Source of the DNA: Octopus bimaculoides
Taxonomy: Eukaryota
Direction: 5' to 3'
Length of the DNA stretch: 64,000 nucleotides
NCBI RefSeq assembly: GCF_001194135.2
Contig: NC_068986.1
Location: 81,403,967-81,467,966 of the forward strand
The notes beneath the pieces were generated by a model, which searched no databases, was not told the origin of the DNA, and worked only from the letters and a program-made list of their open reading frames with translations. Positions 21,622-34,067 of the stretch are shown here, piece by piece. A program made the translations under genes and the position numbers. Each line of letters opens with the position of its first letter. The stretch's first letter is position 1.

Positions 21622-24159
21622 ATGATGGATGACCATTATAATTTAGAAACTCTAGTTGAATTTTTGGGAGAGGATTCATCAGAAGATGAAGAAGTAAAGG
21701 ATCAAAGTACTGCTGATTTTTCCAAAAACTGCAGTGAATCTCACACAAAATCCACTACATTGAGAAGTAATGTTCTGGGAAATAACCAACCAACTCCCAA
21801 CTCTGATCCTCACTCCAGTTCCCAAGAGAATCTTCTGGATGAGCTACAGAAAATGAGAGAACGTATGCAAGAACTAGAACAGAAATTACAGCAACAAAAC
21901 TCAACACCGTCACAGCCGGTAAATTCGAATTTACCTCAAACCAATTCTGACCCTAAATCTCATAGTTTGTTTAGTGCCGAAGTTGATCTGTTTACCTCAG
22001 AAGGTCAGTCAAGACACGTTTCTTGTTCTAAAACCTCACCATCTCCTCCCTCTGTGTCTGTCAAACCTTCCACTTCTTTAGTGAATAACGGCAGAGAATC
22101 TTCGACTTTAAAAAATGAATTATTTGGTGATAGTGATAGTGATTGGGAAGATTTGGAGGGAGAGAAACCAAAATTAAGTGAAGAGGGTAATGAAATGAAG
22201 AAATTACTGAAAAAGTCTGCAAACCAACGAATCGCCCATTCGGCCACGCATGACGTGGCAAGCCTGCGAGCGAAAGCTGTGAAGAAGAAATCACCAGTTC
22301 AAACTATCATTAATGTTGAAAAACAGTTTAATGGACAATCTGATCCAAAAGCAAACGTTTTCACAAATACAACTGCTGCTAATAACAAATGTGATACAGA
22401 TCCTTTTTCAGGAATTCGTATTGTTAATCCCAAAGTATCCTCTTCCACCATGAAAATACGAATGCAAGATAGGCGAATGATTAAATTATCTCACATCCAT
22501 AACAAAAATCCCAAGGAATTATCTGAATGTGACTGGGTAACTATTGCAGTTGTGGTACAGAAAGGGGAACCAAGGAAATCTTCCAAAGGAAATACATATA
22601 GTATATGGAAATTGAATGATTTACAGAACTGTGAGGAAAGTGTTTCATTTTTCTTGTTCAGTGAAGTGTATAAAACTCACTGGAAATTGGTTGTTGGTAG
22701 TGTGATCGGTTTATTAAATCCAAACATGATGGATAAATCTGAAAGAAAGCAATCTGATATTGCTTTCACCATTAGCCATCCCAATAAATTAATGGTTATT
22801 GGTGAGTCTGCTGATATGGGGAAATGCCAACAACGGAAGAAGAATGGTACTCCATGTACAAATATTGTGAATAAGATGCAAGGAGAATTCTGTGTCTATC
22901 ATGTCACTAGTGCTTATAAATTAACTTGTGCTAAAAGGAGTGAATTAAATAGCTACACTGGTGTCACTCCTAAATGCTTCACCAAGAAGGTTCTGCCTAA
23001 GGGAGGGATGTTTTTTTATGAAGGTAAATCTTATACATCATTACCCTTTGGCAATACACAGCAAAAAGACAAAATTACTGTGAACAAACTGCAACATCAA
23101 CAGAATAAGCTGGGACAAGCTAGGCTGTCAACAATGAGTCTTCAGAAGATCAGTGGCAAAGATCAGGCAATTCTTAATAAACTTTCTTCAGATAAGGATC
23201 AGGCATTCTTAGATATGCTGAGTACACCATCAGTTGGGTCAATGAACCTCGTGAAACATTTACTGAAGAAAGAGAAGATTGCGGCAGAGTCTGGGACAAA
23301 TGTCTCTGTTGTTTCTATCAGCCCATTAGAACTTCTCAAGAAACACAAACAACAAATGGAAATGAAAAAAACAATCACTAAACTGTCTAATCCAGTTTTA
23401 GGGAGGGGTTTACAAACTGGATTAAACATTAACTTAGATTGTGTCAAGCCAGGATCCTCAAATTCTTCTGAAATATCAAAAATATTGGCTGTCAAGAAAA
23501 TCCAAAGTAGTGGAGGGCTTCAGAAAGAAGATCCTAATGCTGTCCGTAAACAAAATGATTTAAAGGTTATGGAAAAGATTAAGAAAAGAATCTCCCAAGA
23601 CTTACAACCATTGACAGAAGAGGTGTCTGCTTCACAGCCTCCTCAAGCTAAGAGATCAAAACTATTAGGAAATATTGACTTAAATTCATCAGAAATAAAG
23701 AAATTGATGAAATTAAAGTCATCCCATTCTGGTGCCATTACAGAAATGGAAAATGAAAAACAGGAGAATTACTTCAATACTTTGGAGAAGAAAGAGGCAT
23801 GTGAAGTCAAAATGCAATCTATAACTGAAATGAAATGTACATTGTTCAGCTGCAAGTTGTGCAGCTATACTGCATTATCTATTGGTGATAGGTGCAAGAA
23901 AGAACGCCATCCAGTGAAGAAACATGAAGGCATGAAACGATTCTTCAAATGTCGTAAATGTAAAACTCGTCGCATTGCTTTTACACTGATGCCTAAAGAT
24001 CCTTGCAATGAATGTGGTGAATATAATTTTGTAAAGACCTCAATGATGCCTGAGAAATCAGGCCCTAAACTTCAATCTGAACAACTCTCCTTGCGAGGGG
24101 ATGAAGCAAAGAATTTGAATAGTTTGTCCTATAATATAACTGCTTCCATTGAACTCTAA
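21622..24159 (+). CDS. MCM10: DNA replication factor MCM10, full length (845 aa), intronless CDS
   Basis: N-terminal coiled coil (LLDELQKMRERMQELEQKL); OB-fold (DPFSGIRIVNP, DWVTIAVV, YSIWKLNDL, FFLF, GSVIGLLNP); CCCH zinc finger (C..RKKNG..C.NIVN....EFC.YH); C-terminal zinc motifs (CKLCSY..C..H; CRKC..C..C). No stop or frameshift. Confidence 0.97.
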   Translation: MMDDHYNLETLVEFLGEDSSEDEEVKDQSTADFSKNCSESHTKSTTLRSNVLGNNQPTPNSDPHSSSQENLLDELQKMRERMQELEQKLQQQNSTPSQPVNSNLPQTNSDPKSHSLFSAEVDLFTSEGQSRHVSCSKTSPSPPSVSVKPSTSLVNNGRESSTLKNELFGDSDSDWEDLEGEKPKLSEEGNEMKKLLKKSANQRIAHSATHDVASLRAKAVKKKSPVQTIINVEKQFNGQSDPKANVFTNTTAANNKCDTDPFSGIRIVNPKVSSSTMKIRMQDRRMIKLSHIHNKNPKELSECDWVTIAVVVQKGEPRKSSKGNTYSIWKLNDLQNCEESVSFFLFSEVYKTHWKLVVGSVIGLLNPNMMDKSERKQSDIAFTISHPNKLMVIGESADMGKCQQRKKNGTPCTNIVNKMQGEFCVYHVTSAYKLTCAKRSELNSYTGVTPKCFTKKVLPKGGMFFYEGKSYTSLPFGNTQQKDKITVNKLQHQQNKLGQARLSTMSLQKISGKDQAILNKLSSDKDQAFLDMLSTPSVGSMNLVKHLLKKEKIAAESGTNVSVVSISPLELLKKHKQQMEMKKTITKLSNPVLGRGLQTGLNINLDCVKPGSSNSSEISKILAVKKIQSSGGLQKEDPNAVRKQNDLKVMEKIKKRISQDLQPLTEEVSASQPPQAKRSKLLGNIDLNSSEIKKLMKLKSSHSGAITEMENEKQENYFNTLEKKEACEVKMQSITEMKCTLFSCKLCSYTALSIGDRCKKERHPVKKHEGMKRFFKCRKCKTRRIAFTLMPKDPCNECGEYNFVKTSMMPEKSGPKLQSEQLSLRGDEAKNLNSLSYNITASIEL

Positions 24160-24850
24160 TTTGGAATTATTTTCACACCTAAACATTGCTCATGAATTTG
24201 ATATTTTTTTTTACCATGTATATTATAAACTCGAGCACTTTATTCACAGACATTCATTTTTAGTGAATGTTGGAAACATTTTCATTTTGATAGCTCACTG
24301 CTTCCATGTGTGTGCATATATATAGTCCTGTAAATCCTTTTTATCAATCATATCTATGTAAACATTTATTTTATAAAGTATTTATTTTTTCAAATGTTAG
24401 GATGTTTTTTATTTCACTGTTACTTTGAAAAACAAAATTCGTCTACTAATTTTCATATGATTCTATCAACTTTTGAACTTTGTTGAAGTGGGTAGAGAGG
24501 ATAGGTGAGGGCAGGTAGTGTACCACCCTCTAAAGAGATATAATTAGGGTGTTACACTATCAGTATTGAAACAAGAAGTAGGATGAAGCTGGATTATAAA
24601 ATCACTATGGCCTGCAAGACTTAAGGGTAATCTCTTATCAGTTAATAGGTCAGTCTTAATAGTTATGGTCAGTGTTTCGTGTGTTTTGCGCTTATTGTTT
24701 GACCACATTGGTATTTTTAACCAGCTGTTAAATCTCTCTCTAAGGCATAGAAAACCTGTAAAATAATGATGATGATGTGTGTGTGTGTGTGCATATAAGT
24801 TTATTATATTATTTTTGGTACAACCATTTAGAAACTGCTGTAGCATGACC

Positions 24851-24903
24851 TTGCTGATAATGTTCAAACATGAAAGTTTATCATGTTTGAACATTATCAG
24901 CAA
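24851..24903. repeat. Perfect 23-bp inverted repeat with 7-nt loop, downstream of MCM10
   Basis: TTGCTGATAATGTTCAAACATGA-aagttta-TCATGTTTGAACATTATCAGCAA. Confidence 0.95.
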
Positions 24904-25230
24904 ATTAAACAATATGCTTGCTCATTTTATCTCCATTTTCCATTCTAATATGAGTTGCACAAATCTATATGAAGTTATATTCAGTTTCAATGACTACTCC
25001 TATGCACAACCAGAATCTTTGCACTATTTATTTCAGCCATCAACTGGACAATGCCAGCCTTCAGTTAAGCTATAATATTGCGGTTGGTGATTAGTCACCC
25101 TTTCAACAACACTGAACATACTAGTCCAAGGGACTTAAATCTGCTAAGTTTGGTATCATATGGTCATAAAGATTGTCTGATATCCATTCATATATAGTGA
25201 ATAAAAATATATATATATGCAGTGAATAAA
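24904..25230 (+). terminator. Candidate MCM10 polyadenylation signals
   Basis: ATTAAA at 24904-24909; AATAAA at 25200-25205 and 25225-25230. Confidence 0.35.
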
Positions 25231-25239
25231 CTGTCATCT

Positions 25240-26073
25240 AAATTGTACAAAAATGAAAGTAACACTGATCTCATTTTAACGTATTTACCAAAATTACATA
25301 AAAATATCTTGCAATACTAAAGAGTAAATTTATTCAATAAAATCGCCATTGGCTTCAATCACAACTTTGGAATCTCCTGCAACTCCTTTGGATGGTCTTC
25401 TTGTTTAAGTTGGTGAATGCTGCCATAATCTTTGCCTTCAGTTCATCTTTGGTGTTACAATGAGTTTTCTTGGTCTCTCACTCAGCTGTGCCCCACACAT
25501 AATCAGTGGGGTTGCAGTCTGGGGAATTAGGTGGCCAGGTGTTAGGGGTGATGTAGTCACAGAAATTCTCTGACAGCCATGACTGGGTTCTCCTGCTTGT
25601 GTGGCACGATGCAGAGTCCTGTTGCCAGACATAGGATCTTCGAGCAGCCACCCTCTTGACTCAGGGCAGCACTGTCTCCCCCAGAAACTTGACGTAGGCC
25701 TCTGTGTTGATTCTGAGGCTGTGTGGAAAGATGAATGGTGGCATGACATTGCCATTGCTAGTGATCACTCCAAGCACCATGATGTTGAATGGATGTTTGA
25801 ATTTTATCACTCATGGTACATATCTTCAGATTGCAGTGTCCTCAGATTGATACCCAAACATGCTGAAATGTTCGTATTGGAGCTTCCAGGGCAAATGCCA
25901 AGCAGTACAGCATGTTTCCAAATTTCTGACAGAATGAATTGTATCATGGTGCTGTTTTCACACAAATGGTGCCCAACTGACCCTACTATGCTGCATAGTT
26001 GACAAAATCAAAAACAATGCATATGCATGAAATTAGAAATATAAATTTGTGACAATTTACCCATCGCACCCTG
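25240..26073 (-). mobile_element. Internally deleted Tc1/mariner relic, DD37D (maT-like)
   Basis: TA-CAGGGTG terminus; remnant WQQDSA...WPPNSPDCNPTDYVWG with 37 residues between the catalytic Asps; left boundary approximate. Confidence 0.8.
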
Positions 26074-26514
26074 TATGTATATATATATGTTTGTGTGTGA
26101 ACTGTTAATCCCTATTCGTTTTTTTCTCTTTTTTTTTCATTCTTTCTTCATTTTTTTACCTCTCAATCCTTTCTGTCAAAAAACGTGGGCGAGAAATATC
26201 AAAGACCTGTCCATTTGTCCCAAGCGTTAAACTAATACACCTGCTTGTTGTTTACTCACCTGTCAATGTCTTGTTTTCTGTAAATTTGAACTTTATATAC
26301 ATACGTGATGAACTTCTTTTCATTTCAATCTTCCAAATTCACTCAAAAAGTTATCATTATTGTGTAAAAGACATTTGCCCAAGATGCTACAAAGCGAACC
26401 TGAAGCTACAAACTTAAACAATGAACTTCTTAAACACTGCCACATCAGCACAATAATTTTGAAAATACATATAATAATCAAAATCAAAAATATAACACAA
26501 GTTATCTTCATTAA

Positions 26515-26733
26515 CCCTCTAGCATTCAGATTAATCTATCAAATATAATATTTATTCATTCACATTGTTTTGAATTCCTCAAGCATTATATTATGGCTTC
26601 CAGATTTTAAAGATATAACTGTTAATTTTTAGAATGACATTGGAGGGTATGTGTGAGGGATCAAATCTAGCCACCTTGAACATAAAGCAGGTAGAATATT
26701 TTGGCCAGGTGTGGCTGTTTGAATACTAAAGGG
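26515..26733. mobile_element. piggyBac-like MITE, same family in opposite orientation
   Basis: TTAA-CCCTCTAGCATTCA ... TGAATACTAAAGGG-TTGA. Confidence 0.65.
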
Positions 26734-27582
26734 TTGAACTTTTATCTTAGTAAAGTCTCTATAAGTAAAATGGATACAGATTATATTGTCTCACCCATAT
26801 TACTGGTATTATTTTGGCTCTTTGTAGCAAAAGTTAAAATCATTTTGAAATAAGACTAGAGAAGTTAAAGTAACATAGTACTTTTGGTTGTTTGACTATT
26901 ATGTGTTACCTCACTGCTCTTCCATGCTGTATAAATGACAAGAAATGCATTAAAAATTTGAAGACAAGGACCACTGTGTGTGTGTGTGTGTGTATATATA
27001 TGGTGGTTGTCTACTCCTTATGCAAAGTCTGACCACCTCTTGTATTTACACTTTAGATGTGTGTGAACCTTATAAAATGCTTATGTAATATTGTATTATT
27101 TGTTTGCAAAATAGATATAAGATAAAAAAAAATTGTCAGTTTTTATTATATTTATTATATATATTGTTTCCGGTATAAATTAACATTACTAAGAAATATT
27201 ACCAGTCCCTGGCACATTGGAAAACATACTGCCAGCACACCACATCAGATAATTTGAGAAGCACTGATCTAGACAACAGAGACTATCTACTATTTCTAGG
27301 GAGCCTCCTGAGCTTTTCACAACATCACAGGAAATAGATGTCCTGAAATGCTCTTATTATTTATTGCTCTTGCTCATTTGTCACAAACAAATTCTACTTT
27401 CTCTGTTAACCTATCTTTGATTCCACTGTACCTTTTATTTACGTGCATATACATATATATGTGTGTATATAATTGGGCAAGTGTCTTCTACTATAGCTCC
27501 AAGGCAAACAAAATCTTGTGAATGGATTTAGTACATAGAAACCAAAATAAGCCTGTCATATAATAAATATATATATATTCTC

Positions 27583-27623
<41 letters not shown>

Positions 27624-27633
27624 NNNNNNNNNN

Positions 27634-27669
<36 letters not shown>

Positions 27670-29058
27670 TTATGTATGTATGTGTGTGTGGAGAAAGAAA
27701 GACGCGCGCGCGTTTGTTGTGTGTGAACAGGTCTGAAAACTTGTTAAAACAATTTTTTTTTTTACTGAACTAAGGAGTTGTTTCCCTTGAACTATATCTT
27801 GTCTTCAGTTTGTCTATTTCAAACGAAGATATATCCCATGTTGCATATAGTTGCTGTTCTAAATTGATTTCGCTGAATTATGTATATTAATCATTCATTT
27901 GAGTGTTGATTTACAAGGTTACATGGTGACAGTGGAAATTAAACTTAGTAAGAGTCATGATAAAAATCTGAATTTGAATCCCACGGAAAGGTTACTATGT
28001 ATTAGTGACAAGGAAACTAATGATAACATGTAATGACAAACTAAAAAGGGAGGAAACAGATGTTAGCTCGAAAACGATTGAACAAATGTTTTCGTGTATG
28101 AGATGGTGTTTGCACGGTTATATTTGATACCATATTCGTTCAAAAGATACAAATTTATTTCCAAGTAGTCACGGTTGGAGCTTGGTTGTTGTTTGGATCC
28201 AAGTTAGTCCTGATTGAGCAGACTAATGATTGATGGCATTCCAGTTGTGACCAACCCATAATTTTTTTATTTTTTTATATTAGGAACTACTTCACTATCG
28301 AAATGTGTTCTTCCGTCTGTTTAGATAATACAATTGTAATTTAAAGGAAATTTGATTACAACTTCCTATAGGGCAAGTAATCGTATAGCGCAGATATGGA
28401 CAACCTTTCTCCAGAAGAAGACTGCATGAGACATGGGTCATCATTAGACAGCATACAGTCTAGTAAAAGAAAGTTCAAGGTAATTTTTCATTGGCATTGT
28501 CTTTCAGAAAGTCCCGTGGGCTGCAGGTTTCTCATGACAAGTATTGAAACTCATGGAACAATGTTGTTAAGGTAGATATCATTCTTGGTGTCAACCATGG
28601 TATGTGGAGAGATAGAGGGCATTCTTACATTTTTATGATACTAAGGAAGTCACTGAAATGTATGTTCTATAAAGAGCTTTATATTGAAATCACAGCCTAT
28701 TTTTAATAGTGGTTATCTATAACCAGTGTTAACATTTACTCTCTTCAACTATGAAAGCTAGACAACGCTGAGTAAGTGTTAATGTGTGTACACATATATA
28801 TACATTCATTCTTTACTCCAATTTCTATGATATTTTCCAGCTTTCCTGTTACATCTCTTATACTCATCCACTACTCCGCCTTTGCCTCCCTCCCAAATAT
28901 GCTTTACTTACATTCATGCTGCTCTCTATCCCACGTCTATGGTACATTCTAGCTTTTCTTTCTCTCTCCACCCCCTCAGTGATATCCAATAAACTCTCTT
29001 CCACTGTATTTTCTCTAGTTTCCCTGCTTGGTTGCTTTCTCTGCATTAAAACTTTGCT

Positions 29059-29141
<83 letters not shown>

Positions 29142-31005
29142 CCCACTGCTATAGTACACTCCACCCTTCCTTTCTATCACTATTCTTGCTACATTCCCCC
29201 TCTGCATTTTTTCTCTCACAGTACGTTGCCTCCTCAATACCCTCTCGTTTCTCTCTTTCTGGCCTTTCTCCACAATCTTCAAATCTCTTCTGCCCTCAGT
29301 TGGCTCTCTTTAGATTCTTCACCAATTTCTCTCTGTTGTGTTCCTACCCCCTCACACCTTGCACCCATATTCACCCTGGTAAAATTAGAGAACTCTACAC
29401 AACCCAGCTCATCACCCTTATCACACTATTCCCCCTTCTCTCTCTCTCTCACTAACCCTTGACATTAATCCCTTTTTTTTTTCTTTAGTCAATTACAAAT
29501 ACTCGTCTTCTGTGGTGTATACTCTGTCACTCTCTTCACTACCACACTCTCACTGTGGACCTTTTCCTCTCATCATATTTTAGCCTCTCTTGGGATCTCA
29601 TCTGAAGTCATCCTACTCTCCTGTATTTCGTTCAGTCACAGAAGGTCTTTATTCTTGCAAATTGTTAGGTGACCTCACTAGTGTTGGTGCCAAGGAGAAA
29701 AAAAGTATCCTGTACACTCTAATCTGGTTGGTTTTAGGAAGGACATCAAGCCATAAAACCATACCAAAACAGACATTGGAGCATAATACATTCCTCTGAT
29801 TCATCAGATCCTGTGAAACTGTTCAGTGAATACTAGCATAAAAAGTAGATGTAAAATGATGATGGTATGATTACACACACATGAGTAATTTTAAGAATAA
29901 TAGGTGAAGACTCGCTGTTGATTGTAGAATTAAATTCATTTATTAAACTCATTTTGGGTGGGACTTATTTGACTTATTCAACTAGTTAAATAAGTTGCCA
30001 GGTGGAAATTAAAGAATTAAATTTATAGTCAAAACTAATTTTGTAATAGGTATATCATCATCATCATCATTTAATGTCTGTTTCCTATGCTAGCATGGAT
30101 AAGATGGTTTGGCAAGAACTGTCAAGTCACAAAACTGCACCAAGCTCTGCTGCCTGTTTTGGTGTGGTTATGGATGCCCCTCCTAAAGCCAACCATTTTA
30201 CAGAGTGTACTGGCTGCTTTTTATGTGGCACCAACAGCAGTGAGGTCACTTGCAGGACAAGATATCCCCTCTCCCCCAACTGCAGGGTATACTATTGAGG
30301 GACAGAAAGGTCTATTGCAGTTGAAGAGAGATGTGATATCTTCTGATGGAGAGAAAGATAGTAAAGGTGTGACAGAGAGGGGCGGAGGCCATACACCCAG
30401 GTTACAGGGTGATGTATATAGTGAAGTGGACTGGGATTGGGGAGGGTATGTAGATGGGTAAGTTCAAAAGGAGAAGGGGAGGGATTTAGCTGGGCATATT
30501 GTGTGCACGTAGGTAGGTGGATATGTGAGGGAGAGTGAAAGAGGGGAAAGAGTGGTGGGGAGCATAGATGGGTTGTGGGGAAGGGAGGGAATCATGGACA
30601 TGGATTTTACTTTGTTAGCTGGGTCTTCTCAAGCATAGCATTTCACCATTTCACCAATTGTCTCAGTCTTTTGTCATCTCCTCTACGAGGCTCAAAATTG
30701 GATTATTTAAGCCCAGAATAAACAATGACTACAGTATAGAATAATGGCCAAACATTGAAATATTCAGGCTACTGGACATAATTACTTAGAGTCAGTGAAT
30801 AAATATCATAATATAATTTATTTTAACACTGGCATGGGTTGCAAAGATCTGCAAATGTATATATTTAGATGACTTGCCAATTATGCAATTTTTACTGCTT
30901 TATGTCAGTACTTACTTTACTAACTAATCATGTATGAGTGGCTCCACATTGCTTCTAAATGGATTGAGATGAGAAATCTATCAAATAGAAACCAACAGTA
31001 TTGTA

Positions 31006-32146
31006 CAGGGTGCAAGGTGTATTTGTGGACATTTAACTATCAGTGTATTACTCTCTTCTTCAAACCAATTAAAAATATTTTGTCTGTTTTGGATCTCCAT
31101 GGCAGACACAAGAAATGAAAAGATGTGCAGTCATTGTTGCTTGCTATATATGTGGAAAATAGTGATTTTAAAAAATGCTAACTATCTAAATGTTGCTAGA
31201 TCTTTTGTATACAAAGTTCAAATGGAAATGGAAGACTCTGGTGGTAATGTTTCAACTGTATCAAAGAGAAAAAACATTCTTGGAAAATCAATGAGGGCCA
31301 TCACCAAAGAATAATCAAAACTGAGGTGCACAAGGATGTTCAGTACAAGTTGTATATGCTGAGAAGAGACCAGATTACATCTGAAAAGTCATAGGAAAAC
31401 TGTTTGATCCCTTCCACTTAACAAGGTTCAAAACCCTCTTGAATATATGGCATACTTTGGTTCTTCTCTGATGAGAAAGTCTTCTATCATCTCCAAAAGT
31501 CTAACTAGAGAACTAACAGACGGTTATGTGCAGATCCTTCAACTACTTCCAGAGTGATGCACACTAAGTTTCCAGCAATGTAAGTCATGACATGCTACCT
31601 CACATCTTTCCACAGGGTCTAAGAATTAGGCCCTGCAGAAAGATACTTTGAAGTGCTGCAGACAGTTGTTAAGCTCTGGATGGATGAAGTATGCAGTGGA
31701 AGGCCATGTATTTCAACAAGACTCAGTACCTTCTCACAAAGTCCGCGTAACTCAAGAAGGGATATCAGACAATCATTGCAATCATGTATCACCAAACTTG
31801 TGATTTTCAAACTTGCCAAATTTTTAATCTCATAGACTACTATATTTGGAACATTGCTGAAAGGGAAACTAAACAACATCCTCACAATACCATAGCTTTA
31901 CTGGAGGCTACCATTGTCCAAGTGATGTCAAAGATGAATAAAGATCATTTAGTGTAGGCATGTCCACTATTCCAGTTCTGCATTGAAGCAATCATCAAAG
32001 CTGAAGCTGGATTCATAGAAAAATCTTATGAGGAAGCTTATTGAGAACATGTGCACTAATTTTTATTAAAATTCATTTGGTTTTTGCTAGATTAGAGTTG
32101 TTTCATTAAATTACCAAATATATTCTCAAGTACCTCTCACACCCAG
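31006..32146 (+). mobile_element. Degraded Tc1/mariner relic of the same maT-like type
   Basis: TA-CAGGGTG...CACCCAG-TA ends; remnants FQQDS, NLIDYYIWNI, IEAIIKAEAGFIE with stops and frameshifts. Confidence 0.72.
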
Positions 32147-32638
32147 TACTTTTAATATACAGTTTCTGTTATTTTATTTCTTATGTATGTATATGCATGT
32201 GTGTTGTGTGTGTGTGTGATCAGGATCATTTTTACACTCACTTACCCATGCTAAGATGGGTTGGTTAGGAGATTTTGAGATAGTTATTTTACAGTTTGAT
32301 GTCATTTGAGATCATCAGGCAGTCTCACAACTTTCTGAGGATTAGCTATATAAAAACTATGAGTAACATTTTGTGAATGTTTTTCAGTTTCAACAAATTA
32401 CTATTTTACTCTACCTTTGGTATGCGAGTACTATTTTTTCCACCATGTGTGGTTAAGAAGTTAGTTTTGCAACCACATGGCATTTGGTTCTGTCCCTTTG
32501 CTCAGCACCTTGGCAAATGTCTTTTATTATAGTCAAACAAAGCCTTGTGAGTGGATTTGGTAAAGAGGAACTGAAAGAAGTCTGTCATGTGAGTGTCTTT
32601 GTACATCCTTTTCTCAGCAATACCATGTGCTAACTACC

Positions 32639-33030
32639 AACGTTGTTGTTGTTGGCACTTCGTCGCTTATGACGTCGAGGGTTCCAGTTGATCCGATCAA
32701 CGGAACAGCCTGCTCATGAAATTAACGTGCAAGTGGCTGAGCACTCCACAGACACGTGTACCCTTAATGTAGTTCTCGGGGATATTCAGCATGACACAGT
32801 GTGACAAGGCTGACCCTTTGAATTACAGGCACAACAGAAACAGGAAGTAAGAGTGAAAGAAAGTTGTGGTGAAAGAGTACAGCAGGGTTCGCCACCATCC
32901 CCTGCCGGAGCCTCGTGGAGCTTTAGGTGTTTTCGCTCAATAAACACTCACAACGCCTGGTCTGGGAATAGAAACCGCGATTCTATGTCCGCGAGTCCGC
33001 TGCCCTAACCACTGGGCCATTGCGTCTCCA
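32639..33030 (-). mobile_element. Young tRNA-derived SINE (family C) with 9-bp TSD
   Basis: CTAACTACC at 32630-32638 and 33031-33039; tRNA-like head; (CAA)n tail; related copies near 39160-39400, 46240-46400, 46705-47010. Confidence 0.85.
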
Positions 33031-33869
33031 CTAACTACCTTGTTTACAATCTGTTATGAAAACACGTCCAGCCATGGTGCTGTTCATATTCAAAGGACTT
33101 TGCTTGCAAACAGATGAAGCTTGGCAACAGGAAAAACATACAGCCACAGAAAAACTGCCTGAACAAATTTCATCTGATTCATGAGTATAGAAAAGTGAAC
33201 GTTAAAACTTCCTTATTAGTCTCTAGTTAGGTTCCTACATCGATTGATGTTTTTAGACCTTCATAGTTTGATCATCTGGGTGAATAAAGCTGAGTGATAG
33301 GTGTTACTACTATTTTACATCAAGTGGGAATTACAAAAATTGTTATCAGCAAATTTAATATTTTCACTTACAACTCCAATTTATTTTTCAGCAATTAGTA
33401 ATTATCCAATATTTATTATTAGGGTGTTACATGTCTTAATTTATTGATTGTATTTTACTACTAATATAGCTTACTTTGCTCAACTTCTTTATATGCAATT
33501 TCATATGTGATAATTGTATTATCAAGTAATGATTATCTACTTAGTATAGCTTTGGGTTGATTGACACTTTATTGAAATTGGTTGATGAAAATTGTAGAAA
33601 CCTATTATAAATTTTTGTGTGTGTACATGCTTTGATATTGTCTATATACTGCAGAAAACAGTATCAGGATAGGTGGTGCCACTGTTTATGTCTGCTCCAA
33701 AAACAGATTCACCCATTGAACCGATAGTCTGAAAGGCTAGGAGAAATGGCACTTTACTTGGAAACAAATAAAGGTTGTTGACAGAAAGACATTCCAGCTG
33801 TAGAAAAAATTCCTCAATAAGTTTCAGTAATCCATGCTAGCATGGTCAGAAAACATATTTTAAAATAAT

Positions 33870-34018
33870 TATTGTTATACACCAAGGTCGACTTTGTTTT
33901 TCATTATTTTGGGGTTGATAAAAAAAGTACCAGTCAAGTACTGAGGTCAATTGACAAGCCCTCTCCCCCAAGTTTTCAGGCCTTATGTCTATAGTAGAAA
34001 GGATTATTATCATTAGTG

Positions 34019-34067
<49 letters not shown>

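Noticed and set aside
22005-23495. Minus-strand ORFs inside MCM10
   Set aside because: Short antisense shadows of the real coding frame, with no independent signals.
28784-29462. 223-aa and 144-aa ORFs
   Set aside because: Pyrimidine-rich low-complexity sequence around (CT)n; no recognisable domain or splice context.
30570-30589. Canonical G-quadruplex motif GGGTTGTGGGGAAGGGAGGG
   Set aside because: It lies in a purine-rich repeat-derived tract with no link to a promoter or exon.
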